Source: Candidatus Omnitrophota bacterium
GTDB lineage: Bacteria > Omnitrophota > Gorgyraeia > Gygaellales > Gygaellaceae
DNA length: 64,000 nt
Direction: 5' to 3'
Assembly (NCBI GenBank): GCA_018400015.1
Contig: JAGYNB010000001.1
Span: 328,321 to 392,320, forward strand
In this document: positions 31,045 through 41,722 of the stretch, piece by piece
Layout: every line of letters begins with the position of its first letter
How positions within the stretch are numbered: the first letter of the stretch is position 1
Translations under genes and position numbers: made by a program
Notes under the pieces: generated by a model
The model's database searches: none
What the model was told of the DNA's origin: nothing
The model's input: the letters and a program-made list of their open reading frames with translations, nothing else

Positions 31045-31917
31045 ATGAAAGTCTGTTTTGATGGGAAATTGGTTGATTCTAACAGTGCGAAGATTTCAAT
31101 TTTTGACCATGGTCTTCTTTATGGTGATGGGGTTTTTGAAGGAATTCGCGCTTATAATTGTTTGATTTTTAAACTGAAAGAGCATATAGAACGTCTTTTT
31201 GCTTCAGCAAAAGCAATTCAGCTGGAGATGCCGGTTTCCAAAAGAAAACTCAGCGATTATGTTGCAGCAACATTAAAGACCAATAAGCTCAAAGATGCCT
31301 ATATCCGTTTGGTGGTTACCAGAGGAGTTGGTGATTTGGGTTTAGATTATAGAAAATGCAAACAGGCAACGTTTTTTATAATTACTGATAAGATTGCTCT
31401 TTATCCCGACCAGTTTTACAAAAAAGGCATGGAGATTATTACTGTTGCCACAAGGCGTAATACTCCTGAAGCGTTAAATCCGCAGATAAAGTCTTTAAAC
31501 TATCTTAATAATATTTTAGCTAAGATAGAAGCAGTAAATGCAGGAGTTGAAGAAGCAATAATGTTAAATCAGAATGGTTTTGTTACTGAGTGCAGCGGAG
31601 ATAATATTTTTATGGTTAAAGGCAGTAAATTGTTTACTCCGCCTGTTTTTATGGGTGTTTTAGAAGGCATTACTAGAGATTGTGTGATGGATATTTCTTT
31701 GAAAAGCGCCCTAACATCAGAGGAAAAGGTACTTACGCGTTATGATCTTTATAATGCAGATGAAGTATTTTTAACCGGCACTGCCGCCGAGATTATTCCG
31801 GTTGTAAAAATTGACGGAAGGGTTATTAATGACGGTAAACCTGGAGCACATACGGCAGAATTGATGAAAGAGTTTAAAAAGCTTACCAAAACAGAAGGGG
31901 TTAGGTATGCTTTGTGA
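31045..31917 (+). CDS. ilvE: Branched-chain amino acid aminotransferase
   Basis: DHGLLYGDGVFEGIRAY, KSLNYL, EVFLTGTAAE. Confidence 0.95.
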   Translation: MKVCFDGKLVDSNSAKISIFDHGLLYGDGVFEGIRAYNCLIFKLKEHIERLFASAKAIQLEMPVSKRKLSDYVAATLKTNKLKDAYIRLVVTRGVGDLGLDYRKCKQATFFIITDKIALYPDQFYKKGMEIITVATRRNTPEALNPQIKSLNYLNNILAKIEAVNAGVEEAIMLNQNGFVTECSGDNIFMVKGSKLFTPPVFMGVLEGITRDCVMDISLKSALTSEEKVLTRYDLYNADEVFLTGTAAEIIPVVKIDGRVINDGKPGAHTAELMKEFKKLTKTEGVRYAL

Positions 31918-32434
31918 TATATGCCATAAGATCGAAGCAACTGTCCATCTGACTGAGATAGTTGACGGACAAATTACCGAACTTCATCTATGTGAACATT
32001 GTGCTAAACAAAAGAGTATGCAGATGGAGCAGCAGTTTGGTTTGTCTGATTTACTTGCGGGGTTAGTTGATTTCGGAAAGGGCGTTGAAGAAAAAGAAGA
32101 TCTAAAACAGAAATGCCCGAATTGTAAACTTACCTATAGGGAGTTTAAGAAAATCGGCCGGCTTGGCTGCAGCCAATGTTACACTACTTTTAAAAGATAT
32201 TTAGAGCCTCTTTTAAAAAGTATTCACGGTGCAAATCAGCATTTAGGGAAAATGCCTTTAGGCTGCGGGTTAAAAGTAAAGTCTTTAAGTCAGGTAAAAG
32301 AAAAAAATAGCTTAGAGGATTTGAAAAATAAGCTGCAGGCGGCAATTTCTAAAGAAGAGTTTGAAAAAGCAGCAGTAATAAGAGATCAAATAAAGGATTT
32401 GGAGAAAAAACACAAGGCCAAGGATAAGAAATGA
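31907..32434 (+). CDS. mcsA: McsA, protein-arginine kinase activator
   Basis: Four CxxC motifs (CDIC, CEHC, CPNC, CSQC) and C-terminal UVR domain (EEFEKAAVIRD). Confidence 0.92.
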   Translation: MLCDICHKIEATVHLTEIVDGQITELHLCEHCAKQKSMQMEQQFGLSDLLAGLVDFGKGVEEKEDLKQKCPNCKLTYREFKKIGRLGCSQCYTTFKRYLEPLLKSIHGANQHLGKMPLGCGLKVKSLSQVKEKNSLEDLKNKLQAAISKEEFEKAAVIRDQIKDLEKKHKAKDKK

Positions 32435-33483
32435 CAGTTAATGAGTTATTAAATCATACCAGCGAATGGTTGAAAGGTGCGGGGCCGAATTCAGATATAG
32501 TTATATCCAGCCGCATCAGATTGGCGCGCAATATTGAAAATAAGCCTTTTCCGCATTGGGCGAATAAAAAAGATTCAAAAGATCTTCTTGAGGAAGTGGC
32601 TAAAGTATACAAGGATATAAATTTCTTAAAGAGCTTAACTTTGCTGCGTTTAAATGAGATAGATAACCTTGATAAGCAGTTTTTAATAGAGCGTCATCTT
32701 ATGAGTCATGAACATGCTCTTGACTCAGAGGCTAAGGCTTTGCTGGTTGACCCCGAAGAAGTTCTTTCAATTATGGTAAACGAAGAAGATCATATCCGTA
32801 TGCAGGTTATGCAGTCAGGTTTTAATTTGAATGGCGCTTTTGATATAATCGATAATATTGATAATGCATTGTCGGGCAAGATTAAATTCGCCTTTAATAA
32901 AGAATGGGGTTATCTTACAGCCTGTCCTACCAATACAGGAACTGGTATGAGGGGTTCGGTAATGCTGCATCTGTCAGGTCTGGTGATGATGCAACAGATC
33001 AATAGGGTTTTGCAGGCAATCAACAAGCTTGGATTTACTACAAGGGGACTTTATGGCGAGGGTACCAAAGCATATGGGAATTTCTTTCAGATTTCTAATC
33101 AGTATACTTTGGGGAGAAACGAGCAAGAAATAGTAGATAATATAAATGGAGTAATTCAGCAGGTTATTGAGCAGGAGCAGTTGGCAAGGCAAACGATTAT
33201 AAAACAGCATAATCTAATGCTGCAGGATAGGGTTTGGAGGAGTCTGGGAATCTTGAAGAATGCATTTTTGATTACCAGCCAGGAAACAATTGAACATTTA
33301 TCAGTTGTAAGACTGGGTATAGAACTTGGTATTATAAAAAATGTTGGCAGAAATGCAGTAAATGAATTATTTATTCTTACTCAGCCGGCACACTTACAGA
33401 AGATTGAAAATAGAAAACTTACCCATGCCGAAAGAGATCAAAAAAGAGCGGATTTAATAAGAGAAAAACTAACTAAAAATTAA
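32431..33483 (+). CDS. mcsB: Protein-arginine kinase
   Basis: SSRIRLARN, NEEDH, YLTACPTNTGTG, RGLYGEG, PAHLQ. Confidence 0.95.
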   Translation: MTVNELLNHTSEWLKGAGPNSDIVISSRIRLARNIENKPFPHWANKKDSKDLLEEVAKVYKDINFLKSLTLLRLNEIDNLDKQFLIERHLMSHEHALDSEAKALLVDPEEVLSIMVNEEDHIRMQVMQSGFNLNGAFDIIDNIDNALSGKIKFAFNKEWGYLTACPTNTGTGMRGSVMLHLSGLVMMQQINRVLQAINKLGFTTRGLYGEGTKAYGNFFQISNQYTLGRNEQEIVDNINGVIQQVIEQEQLARQTIIKQHNLMLQDRVWRSLGILKNAFLITSQETIEHLSVVRLGIELGIIKNVGRNAVNELFILTQPAHLQKIENRKLTHAERDQKRADLIREKLTKN

Positions 33484-33495
33484 AGGAGTCAGTAT

Positions 33496-35919
33496 ATGTT
33501 TAGCCGTTTTACAGAAAGAGCAAGGAAAGTAATAATATTAGCCAAAGAAGAAGCGCGTAGATTTAATCATGATTATATCGGGACAGAACATGTTCTGTTA
33601 GGGCTTATTAGAGAAGGTGAAGGTGTTGCCGCAGCGGTTTTACAGAAAATGGGTCTTAGTCTTGAGAACATTCGTCTTGAGGTGGAAAAATTAGTCCAGC
33701 CAGGACCGAGCACTCAGATCTTAGGGGATATTCCTTTTACTCCCAGAGCAAAAAAGGCATTGGAATTGGCTGCAGAAGAAGCACGTGCATTAGGACATAA
33801 TTATATCGGAACAGAGCATCTTTTGTTAGGGCTTATTAGAGAAGGTGAAGGAATTGCTTCACAGGTTCTTTTAAATTCCAGTTTAGACTTGGACCGTGTT
33901 AGAAATGAAGTAATGCATCTTTTAGGTTCAAGTATCCCTGGATTTGGACAGCAGCAACAGGCTAAAGGGAAGACTCCGGCACTGGATGCTTTTGGCAGAG
34001 ACTTAACCGTGCTTTCTAAGGAAGGAAAATTAGATCCGGTTATAAACCGTAGAAAAGAAATCGAACGCGTAATTCAGGTTTTATCAAGACGAACAAAGAA
34101 TAACCCAGTGCTTTTAGGTGAAGCCGGAGTAGGTAAAACTGCAATTGTTGAGGGTTTAGCCCAGGCAATTATTGCTGATACAGTTCCCGAGATTTTACGT
34201 AATAAAAGAATAATTGTGCTTGATCTGGCTTTAATGATTGCGGGGACAAAATACCGCGGCCAGTTTGAAGAACGTATTAAAGCTGTCATGGAAGAAATTA
34301 AGCGTTCGCAAGACGTAATTGTTTTTATTGATGAATTGCATACTTTAATCGGCGCAGGTGCTGCAGAAGGTGCGATTGACGCCTCCAATATTTTAAAGCC
34401 CGCTCTTTCAAGAGGTGAGATTCAGTGTATTGGCGCAACGACATTGGATGAATATAGAAAACATATAGAAAAAGATGCAGCGTTAGAAAGAAGATTCCAG
34501 ACAATATTGGTTGAGCCGCCAACAGTTCCTCAGACTGTAGAAATCCTAAAAGGCTTAAGGGAAAAATACGAGTCTCATCATAAAGTTGATTTCACAGATG
34601 ACGCTTTAGAGGCTGCATCGAAATTATCAGAGCGTTATATTACAGGAAGATTCTTGCCGGATAAGGCAATCGATTTAATCGATGAGGCTGGTTCGCGTGC
34701 GAGATTAAGTGTTTTGACAATACCCACAGAGCTTAAGACATTAGAAGAAAAGGTTAGCGATTTTAAAAAACAAAAGGAAGTATTTATAAAGAACCAGGAT
34801 TTTGAGAAAGCAGCCCATTTGCGTGACCAGGAGCGTCAGGCCAGGGATGAACTGGAAAAGGCCAATAAAGCCTGGCAGGCTCAGAAAGAGAAAATTAGGC
34901 CAAAGGTTACGGAAAAAGAAATCGCTGATATAGTTTCTCAATGGACAGGTATTCCTATATTTCGTTTAGAACAAAAAGATTCGGATAAGTTGATGAAAAT
35001 AGAGGATACGATCCATAAAAGGGTCGTTGGCCAGGATGAAGCGATAAAGGCAATTGCCCGGGCAGTAAGGCGTTCACGCGCAGGCATAAAAGATCCCAGG
35101 CGTCCGATCGGGTCGTTTATTTTCTTGGGACCCACAGGCGTAGGTAAAACTCTTCTTGCCAGAGCGTTGGCTGAATTTATGTTCGGTGACGAGAATGCTC
35201 TTGTTCAGATTGATATGTCCGAATATATGGAGAAATTTAATGTTTCTCGTCTGGTGGGTGCACCTCCGGGATATGTCGGATATGAAGAAGGAGGACAGCT
35301 TACGGAAAAAGTAAGACGCAGACCTTATTCAGTAATACTTTTAGATGAGATCGAGAAAGCCCATCCGGATGTATTTAATTTATTATTACAGGTTTTTGAG
35401 GACGGCAGGCTTACTGATAGTTTTGCACGTAAGGTTGATTTTCGCAATACTCTTGTAATTATGACTTCCAATGTAGGGGCAGAGATTGTCAGGCAAAAAG
35501 GTTCTTTAGGGTTTAAATCCCAGGACAGCGAAGTTACTTATCAGGATATGAAAGAGCGTCTTATGGATGAGGTAAAAAAGACGTTTAAGCCGGAATTTTT
35601 GAACAGAATTGATGATACTATAGTTTTTCGCCCATTAAGTAAAGAAGATCTGGAGAAAATAGTTGATCTTGAATTAGCGGAAGTATCAAATCGGCTTAAA
35701 GAACAAGGCGTGAATGTAGAACTTAGTAAGGAAGCAAAGAGTTTTTTGATTGAAAAGGGTTTTGATCCGACTTTTGGCGCGCGTCCTTTAAAAAGGACAA
35801 TCCAAAGATTCCTGGAGGATCCTTTAGCTGAAGAAATAATATCTTGTAATATTAAAGAAGGGGCAAAAATAAAAGTAGGTCATAAGAATAACGAGCTTAC
35901 TTTTAAGATTTCTTATTAA
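33496..35919 (+). CDS. clpC: ATP-dependent Clp protease ATPase ClpC
   Basis: Two Clp-N repeats, two AAA+ domains (GEAGVGKT, GPTGVGKT), UVR M-domain, LGF ClpP-docking loop. Confidence 0.97.
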   Translation: MFSRFTERARKVIILAKEEARRFNHDYIGTEHVLLGLIREGEGVAAAVLQKMGLSLENIRLEVEKLVQPGPSTQILGDIPFTPRAKKALELAAEEARALGHNYIGTEHLLLGLIREGEGIASQVLLNSSLDLDRVRNEVMHLLGSSIPGFGQQQQAKGKTPALDAFGRDLTVLSKEGKLDPVINRRKEIERVIQVLSRRTKNNPVLLGEAGVGKTAIVEGLAQAIIADTVPEILRNKRIIVLDLALMIAGTKYRGQFEERIKAVMEEIKRSQDVIVFIDELHTLIGAGAAEGAIDASNILKPALSRGEIQCIGATTLDEYRKHIEKDAALERRFQTILVEPPTVPQTVEILKGLREKYESHHKVDFTDDALEAASKLSERYITGRFLPDKAIDLIDEAGSRARLSVLTIPTELKTLEEKVSDFKKQKEVFIKNQDFEKAAHLRDQERQARDELEKANKAWQAQKEKIRPKVTEKEIADIVSQWTGIPIFRLEQKDSDKLMKIEDTIHKRVVGQDEAIKAIARAVRRSRAGIKDPRRPIGSFIFLGPTGVGKTLLARALAEFMFGDENALVQIDMSEYMEKFNVSRLVGAPPGYVGYEEGGQLTEKVRRRPYSVILLDEIEKAHPDVFNLLLQVFEDGRLTDSFARKVDFRNTLVIMTSNVGAEIVRQKGSLGFKSQDSEVTYQDMKERLMDEVKKTFKPEFLNRIDDTIVFRPLSKEDLEKIVDLELAEVSNRLKEQGVNVELSKEAKSFLIEKGFDPTFGARPLKRTIQRFLEDPLAEEIISCNIKEGAKIKVGHKNNELTFKISY

Positions 35920-35921
35920 AG

Positions 35922-36752
35922 ATGAAATTCTTAGCTTCTAAATACATAAAATTCAGGGAAATAAAACATACCTTCAGGCCATTTCTAACAGCAAATAATC
36001 CTGTATTCATGTTCTTCGATTATGTTGGCAATCTTGTTATGCTTTTAGTTAATACGGTTATCTGGATTTTCAAGCCGCCCTATAAAAATGAAAGAATAAT
36101 TAGACAGTCAAAGAATATTGGTTTGGATAGTCTTCCCATTGTGAGTCTTGTGGCAGTTTTTACCGGTATGATACTGGCACTTCAAACCGCATACCAGATG
36201 CAGAAACTTTCATCTGAAATTTATATTGCAAATATCGTTGCCGTATCTTTAGTCAGAGAATTAGGGCCGGTATTGACCGCTTTGATCGTTGCCGGAAGAA
36301 ATGGTGCGGCAATTACTGCTGCAATCGGAACGATGAAAGTTACCGAACAGGTCGATGCTTTGTATACTTTTGCCGCAGACCCGGTAAAGTATTTAGTTGT
36401 GCCGAGATTCTTAGCTCTTGCAATAATGCTTCCTATACTTACGCTTTACTCCGACGTTGTAGGTATTATAGGAGGTTATTTTATATGTGTAAACCGGATG
36501 GGAATTCCGTCTAATCTTTATTTTTCTATGACATTTGACGCATTGCTTTTAAAAGATCTGTTTATAGGATTACTTAAGACTTTTGTTTTTGGTATGATTA
36601 TTGCAATTGTTGCCAGCTTTGAAGGTTTTCGTGTTGAAGGTGGAGCCGAAGGCGTAGGAAAAGCAACCACAAGTTCAGTCGTTAAGACTTTTATTTTAAT
36701 TATTGCTGCGGATTGTTTTTTTGCCGCATTATTTTATTTTATTATAAAATGA
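35922..36752 (+). CDS. mlaE: MlaE family ABC permease
   Basis: VRELGPVLTALIVAGR, MKVTEQVDAL, GGAEGVGKATT. Confidence 0.92.
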   Translation: MKFLASKYIKFREIKHTFRPFLTANNPVFMFFDYVGNLVMLLVNTVIWIFKPPYKNERIIRQSKNIGLDSLPIVSLVAVFTGMILALQTAYQMQKLSSEIYIANIVAVSLVRELGPVLTALIVAGRNGAAITAAIGTMKVTEQVDALYTFAADPVKYLVVPRFLALAIMLPILTLYSDVVGIIGGYFICVNRMGIPSNLYFSMTFDALLLKDLFIGLLKTFVFGMIIAIVASFEGFRVEGGAEGVGKATTSSVVKTFILIIAADCFFAALFYFIIK

Positions 36753-37513
36753 TAGAACTTATTAATGTTGAGAAATCCTTTGGTAATCATAGAGTTTTAA
36801 ACGGCGCAACCCTAAAGATTAAAAAAGGCGAGACCAAAGCTATTATCGGGCGTTCTGGTTGCGGAAAATCCGTTTTGCTAAAACATATTGTCGGTATTTT
36901 AAAACCCGATAAAGGAGATGTTTTAGTTGATGGTGTTAATATTGCTAAGCTTAAATCAAAAGAAATAAACCAGGTGCGAAAGAATATCGGTATGGTTTTT
37001 CAAGGTGGAGCGCTTTTTGATTCTTTAAATGTGGCTGAAAACGTAGGTTTTAGTTATTTTGAGCATACTAAATTACCCAAAGAAGAGATTATGAAAAAGG
37101 TAGAAGATTCTTTATCTTTAGTCGAGCTTTATGGGATTGGTGCTTTAATGCCGTCAGAGTTAAGCGGCGGTATGAAAAAAAGAGTTTCTTTGGCGCGCGC
37201 GATCTGTTCAAGGCCTGAGATTATTCTTTATGATGAGCCGACTACAGGAGTAGATCCGATTACAGCAGCAGCGATAAATGAACTTATTAAAAATCTTCAT
37301 GATAGGTTGCAGGTTACATCAATCGTAGTTACACATGATATGACCAGTGCTTATTACGTAGCAGATAGTATATCCATGCTTTATCAGGGGAAGATTATTG
37401 CCGAAGGTACGCCAGAACAGATTCAAAATACGGATCATCCTGTGGTTAGACAATTTATTACTGGTGCTGCCGAAGGTCCGATAACAGAGAGTATTGATAC
37501 CGATCATCCATAA
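36749..37513 (+). CDS. mlaF: MlaF family ABC ATPase
   Basis: GRSGCGKS, FQGGALFDSL, LSGGMKKR, YDEPTTG; ATGA overlap with mlaE. Confidence 0.92.
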   Translation: MIELINVEKSFGNHRVLNGATLKIKKGETKAIIGRSGCGKSVLLKHIVGILKPDKGDVLVDGVNIAKLKSKEINQVRKNIGMVFQGGALFDSLNVAENVGFSYFEHTKLPKEEIMKKVEDSLSLVELYGIGALMPSELSGGMKKRVSLARAICSRPEIILYDEPTTGVDPITAAAINELIKNLHDRLQVTSIVVTHDMTSAYYVADSISMLYQGKIIAEGTPEQIQNTDHPVVRQFITGAAEGPITESIDTDHP

Positions 37514-37528
37514 AAAGGAGAATAAAAA

Positions 37529-38173
37529 ATGAATCCCAAAATAACTCTTGAATTTAAAGTAGGAGTTTTTGTTTTGGTTGGATTGGTAATTATGGTATTT
37601 ATGGTATTTTTTATAACCGATTTTCAGATCGTCCAGCCGAAATATAACGTAAAAATTATATTTAATTACGCTAACGGCGTGAAGAATAACTCTCCTTTAA
37701 GGATTGCTGGTGTGGATGCCGGAGAAATAAAAAACGTCAATGTTTTACCAACAAATGCAAATTCTGATAAGACATTGGTGGAGCTTGACGCATGGATAAG
37801 AAAGGATATTTTAGTTCCTCAAGATTCAAAGGTATTTATTAACACTTTGGGCCTTTTGGGTGAGAAGTATGTTGAGATTATGCCTGGGGTTGATTACGCT
37901 AATGTTATAAAAAGCGGTGAGTCTATTCGTGGGGAAGATCCTGTTCCAATGCATGATGTTGGTGTTATGATCCAGGACATGGCAAATGATTTAAAAAATG
38001 TTGTGGATAATATTAATAGTATCACCTCCAGTGTTGAAGGCGGAGAAGGTACAATCGGTAAATTATTAGCCAGTGAGTCAATTTATGAGAACCTCGATGA
38101 GTTGGTTTTGGATATAAAGAATAATCCTTGGAAGCTATTTTACAAAACAAGAGAGAAAAAAGTCAGCAAATGA
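37529..38173 (+). CDS. mlaD: MCE/MlaD family substrate-binding protein
   Basis: N-terminal TM (EFKVGVFV), MCE domain (GLLGEKYVEI), GTIGKLL. Confidence 0.88.
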   Translation: MNPKITLEFKVGVFVLVGLVIMVFMVFFITDFQIVQPKYNVKIIFNYANGVKNNSPLRIAGVDAGEIKNVNVLPTNANSDKTLVELDAWIRKDILVPQDSKVFINTLGLLGEKYVEIMPGVDYANVIKSGESIRGEDPVPMHDVGVMIQDMANDLKNVVDNINSITSSVEGGEGTIGKLLASESIYENLDELVLDIKNNPWKLFYKTREKKVSK

Positions 38174-39543
38174 AAACCAAGCTTGTTTATACCTGTCAAA
38201 ATTGTGGTTATCAGTCTCCTAAATGGTTAGGCAGATGTCCTGATTGTGGGACGTGGAATAGTTTTCTAGAGGAAAATTATGCTCCGATTAAATCTTCCAA
38301 AGGAAGAAGCAGTACTTTTAAAGCTACAGATCCGGTTCTTTTAAGCGAAGTCGATATTGTTTCTAAGCAAAGGATAAAAGTCGGCATAGAAGAATTAGAC
38401 AGGGTTTTAGGCGGCGGTATAGTGCAGGGTTCGGTTATTTTAATCGGTGGAGATCCAGGTATTGGTAAATCCACCATAAGCCTGCAGATTTCTAATAATC
38501 TTGCCGCACTGGGCAAGAAAGTGCTTTATATAAGCGGTGAAGAGTCTGTTCATCAAACTAAATTGCGTGCAGATAGGCTTTCCGTTAAGGCAAAAGAAGG
38601 TTTATTTATTGTTAACCAAACCGATGTTTTGGTAATTATAGAGCTTATAAAGCGGCTGAAGCCTGATTTGGTTGTAATAGATTCAGTTCAGGTATTATTT
38701 AATTCTGATTTTAATTCAAGCCCAGGCAGTGTAACCCAGGTGAGAGAAAGCGCTCAAGCCTTAACTCATTTTGCCAAAAGCGAAGATACATCTTTAGTGA
38801 TAATTGGACACGTTACTAAAGAAGGCACATTGGCAGGTCCGCGTGTTTTGGAGCATATGGTTGATACGGTTCTTTATTTTGAAGGAGAAAGATATTCTTT
38901 ATATCGAGTGGTGCGGTCTGTAAAAAATCGTTTTGGCTCCACTAATGAAATCGGTGTTTTTGAGATGACTTCATCCGGGCTTAAAGAAGTCATTAACCCT
39001 TCGAAGATTTTTTTGTCTGAGCGTCCACAAGGGGTTTCCGGTAGTGCAATAAGTTGTATTATGGAAGGAACGCGTCCATTGTTGGTTGAAATTCAGTCCT
39101 TGGTATCAAAAAGTAATGTTGGTTTTGCCGGCAGGAAATGTCAGGGTATAGATTATAACCGGTTTTCTATTCTTATTGCGATATTAGAAAAGCGAATGGG
39201 TTTAAAATTGCATGATAAGGATGTGTTTTTAAATATTACCGGAGGTATAAAAGTTGTTGATCCGGCAATTGATTTGGCTGTCGCTGCCAGTATTATTTCC
39301 AGTTATTATGATAAAGTTATAAAAGAAGATATAGTTTTCTTGGGTGAACTTGGTCTTGCTTCGGAAGTAAGAAGCATAACCCAGATGATTTTAAGGGTTA
39401 ACGAAGCAGAAAAGCTGGGGTTTAATAATTGTATTTTGTCAGAAAATAATTTAAAAAATAAGCATCCGCATAAGAAAATTAACTTAACAGGAATTAATTT
39501 TTTAAAAGATATTTTAAAAATTATATGGAAGGATGGTAATTAA
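38170..39543 (+). CDS. radA: DNA repair protein RadA/Sms
   Basis: C4 zinc finger, GDPGIGKST, KNRFG, Lon-like C-terminus; start at MKTK. Confidence 0.97.
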   Translation: MKTKLVYTCQNCGYQSPKWLGRCPDCGTWNSFLEENYAPIKSSKGRSSTFKATDPVLLSEVDIVSKQRIKVGIEELDRVLGGGIVQGSVILIGGDPGIGKSTISLQISNNLAALGKKVLYISGEESVHQTKLRADRLSVKAKEGLFIVNQTDVLVIIELIKRLKPDLVVIDSVQVLFNSDFNSSPGSVTQVRESAQALTHFAKSEDTSLVIIGHVTKEGTLAGPRVLEHMVDTVLYFEGERYSLYRVVRSVKNRFGSTNEIGVFEMTSSGLKEVINPSKIFLSERPQGVSGSAISCIMEGTRPLLVEIQSLVSKSNVGFAGRKCQGIDYNRFSILIAILEKRMGLKLHDKDVFLNITGGIKVVDPAIDLAVAASIISSYYDKVIKEDIVFLGELGLASEVRSITQMILRVNEAEKLGFNNCILSENNLKNKHPHKKINLTGINFLKDILKIIWKDGN

Positions 39544-40548
39544 ATGGGCATTATATTTATTAGATTACTTTTTATTCTAGGAAGTATTGTTATCGGTTTT
39601 TATTCTGCTGGTGATCCTTATAGCCTTTTCGGCGCGATTGCAGGGGGCGTGATTGGTATTTTGATTGTTGTTTTTGAAGTTGGTATGCGCAGGGTTTCTG
39701 TAAGGGGTCTTTCCAGTTCTGTTTTTGGCCTGATACTGGGATTAATTATGGCAAAACTTGTTGGTGATGCCTTTAGCCTTGCCCAGTTAGAACCGGAAAC
39801 ATTAAATATCGTGCGAGGGACCCTTACAATTGTTTTTTGTTATTTGGGTTTGCTTTTGGGTCTACGCGGAAGGGAAGAATTCAATTTGATTATTCCTTAT
39901 GTAAGACTTAAGAGGGAGAGTGCACCGGAAGATTTAGTGTTAGTAGATACAAGTGTTATTATTGACGGCAGAATAACAGATATCTGTAAAACTAACTTTG
40001 TCGATGCTAAATTGATTGTCCCGCGTTTTGTGTTAAAAGAGCTTCAGCAGATAGCTGATTCTACGGATTCGCTTAAAAGACAAAGAGGCAGAAGAGGCCT
40101 TGATATCCTGAATATTTTACAAAAAGACAGTTCAGTCAGCGTTAGCATAAGCGAGGAGGATTTTACAGATATAAATGAGGTTGATGCAAAGCTAGTGAGG
40201 CTTGCCAAGATATTATCGGCAAAGATACTTACGCTTGATTTTAACCTAAACCGCGTTGCTGATATTCAAGGAGTAAAGGTTCTAAATATAAATGAATTGT
40301 CGCTTGCATTGAAACCTGTAGTTTTTCCAGGCGAATTCTTGGAAATCAAACTTATTAAAGAAGGTAAAGAAGCCAATCAGGCTGTGGGTTATTTGGATGA
40401 TGGTACGATGGTGGTTGTAGAAAACGGCAGAAGGCATATAAACGAAACTTTAAAGGTTGCGGTTACTTCGTCTTTGCAGACTCAGGCAGGCAGAATGATA
40501 TTTGCTCGCATAGAATCAGAACATCAGACAAAACGCAGCCATAAGTAG
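39544..40548 (+). CDS. Membrane PIN/TRAM domain protein (YacL-like)
   Basis: TM segments, DTSVIIDGRI, RGRRGLDIL, GYLDDGTMVVVE, QTQAGRMIF. Confidence 0.92.
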   Translation: MGIIFIRLLFILGSIVIGFYSAGDPYSLFGAIAGGVIGILIVVFEVGMRRVSVRGLSSSVFGLILGLIMAKLVGDAFSLAQLEPETLNIVRGTLTIVFCYLGLLLGLRGREEFNLIIPYVRLKRESAPEDLVLVDTSVIIDGRITDICKTNFVDAKLIVPRFVLKELQQIADSTDSLKRQRGRRGLDILNILQKDSSVSVSISEEDFTDINEVDAKLVRLAKILSAKILTLDFNLNRVADIQGVKVLNINELSLALKPVVFPGEFLEIKLIKEGKEANQAVGYLDDGTMVVVENGRRHINETLKVAVTSSLQTQAGRMIFARIESEHQTKRSHK

Positions 40549-40554
40549 CTGACA

Positions 40555-41238
40555 ATGAAAGTAGAAGCTATTGTTGTTGCAGCGGGTTCTGGCAGAAGAT
40601 TAAAGAGAAAAATTTCTAAGGCCCTGGTCAAGGTTTTAAACCTTCCGATAATTATCCATACGCTTAAAAAATTCTCTCTACATCCTTTAATAAATAGTAT
40701 TATTCTGGTTTGCAGAAAAGAGGATATTGCTAATATTTATTCTTTAGTAAGGAAACACAACATAAAGAAAATTAAGTTGTTGTGTGCAGGTGGTGAAAGA
40801 AGAATAGATTCAGTATATAATGGTATAAGCTGTTTAGATAAAAATACAGATATTGTCATAATTCACGACGGAGCAAGGCCGTTGATTGAAAGAAAGATTA
40901 TTACCAAATGTATTAAAAAAGCAAACTCTATGGGTGCTTGCGTTGTTGGGGTGCCGGTTAAGTCAACGATAAAAGAAGTTTCCAATAGCACTAATTTGAT
41001 TAAAAAGACTTTAGACAGGAATTTACTTTATTCAATACAGACTCCGCAGGTATTTAAAACAAGTATCATAAAAAAGGCTTTTGAGAAAAAAGCTAGATTT
41101 AACGCTACGGATGATTCTTTGCTCGTAGAAATGATTAATAAAAAAGTTGCATTGGTGGAAGGTAGTTATTCAAATATAAAGATAACTACTCCTGAGGATA
41201 TTTTTTTGGCTGAGAGATTGTTTAATAAGATGAATTAA
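40555..41238 (+). CDS. ispD: 2-C-methyl-D-erythritol 4-phosphate cytidylyltransferase
   Basis: AAGSGRR, IHDGARP, QTPQVF, NIKITTPED. Confidence 0.96.
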   Translation: MKVEAIVVAAGSGRRLKRKISKALVKVLNLPIIIHTLKKFSLHPLINSIILVCRKEDIANIYSLVRKHNIKKIKLLCAGGERRIDSVYNGISCLDKNTDIVIIHDGARPLIERKIITKCIKKANSMGACVVGVPVKSTIKEVSNSTNLIKKTLDRNLLYSIQTPQVFKTSIIKKAFEKKARFNATDDSLLVEMINKKVALVEGSYSNIKITTPEDIFLAERLFNKMN

Positions 41239-41240
41239 AG

Positions 41241-41720
41241 ATGAAATATAAAGTCGGTTTTGGCTATGACTTGCATCGATTGATAAAAGGTAAGAAATTT
41301 ATCTTAGGGGGTATTAATATTCCTTCAGGCATAGGCATGAAGGCTCATTCTGATGGAGATGTGTTATTGCATGCGGTATCAGATGCTATTTTAGGTGCGA
41401 TCGGATCATATGATATTGGGCAGCTTTTTCCGGATTCAAAAAAAGAGAATAAATCTTTAAATAGTGAAGTTATTTTAAGAAAGGCTTATTCTTTAATGAA
41501 GAATAAGGGTTTTTCTTTATGTAATATCGATACAGTTTTATTGCTTGAGAAACCAAAATTATCAAAGTATAAAAATAGGATTATTATTAATATTTCTAAG
41601 ATTCTAAAAATCGGTAAAGATAGGATTAACCTAAAGGCCAAGACGCAGGAAGGTCTGGGGTTGATTGGTAAACAGGCGGCAGTTGCTGCTTTTGCAGTAG
41701 TTTTAGTAGAAAGGAAGTAG
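41241..41720 (+). CDS. ispF: MECDP synthase
   Basis: [31 protein letters not shown]. Confidence 0.96.
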   Translation: MKYKVGFGYDLHRLIKGKKFILGGINIPSGIGMKAHSDGDVLLHAVSDAILGAIGSYDIGQLFPDSKKENKSLNSEVILRKAYSLMKNKGFSLCNIDTVLLLEKPKLSKYKNRIIINISKILKIGKDRINLKAKTQEGLGLIGKQAAVAAFAVVLVERK

Positions 41721-41722
41721 AT

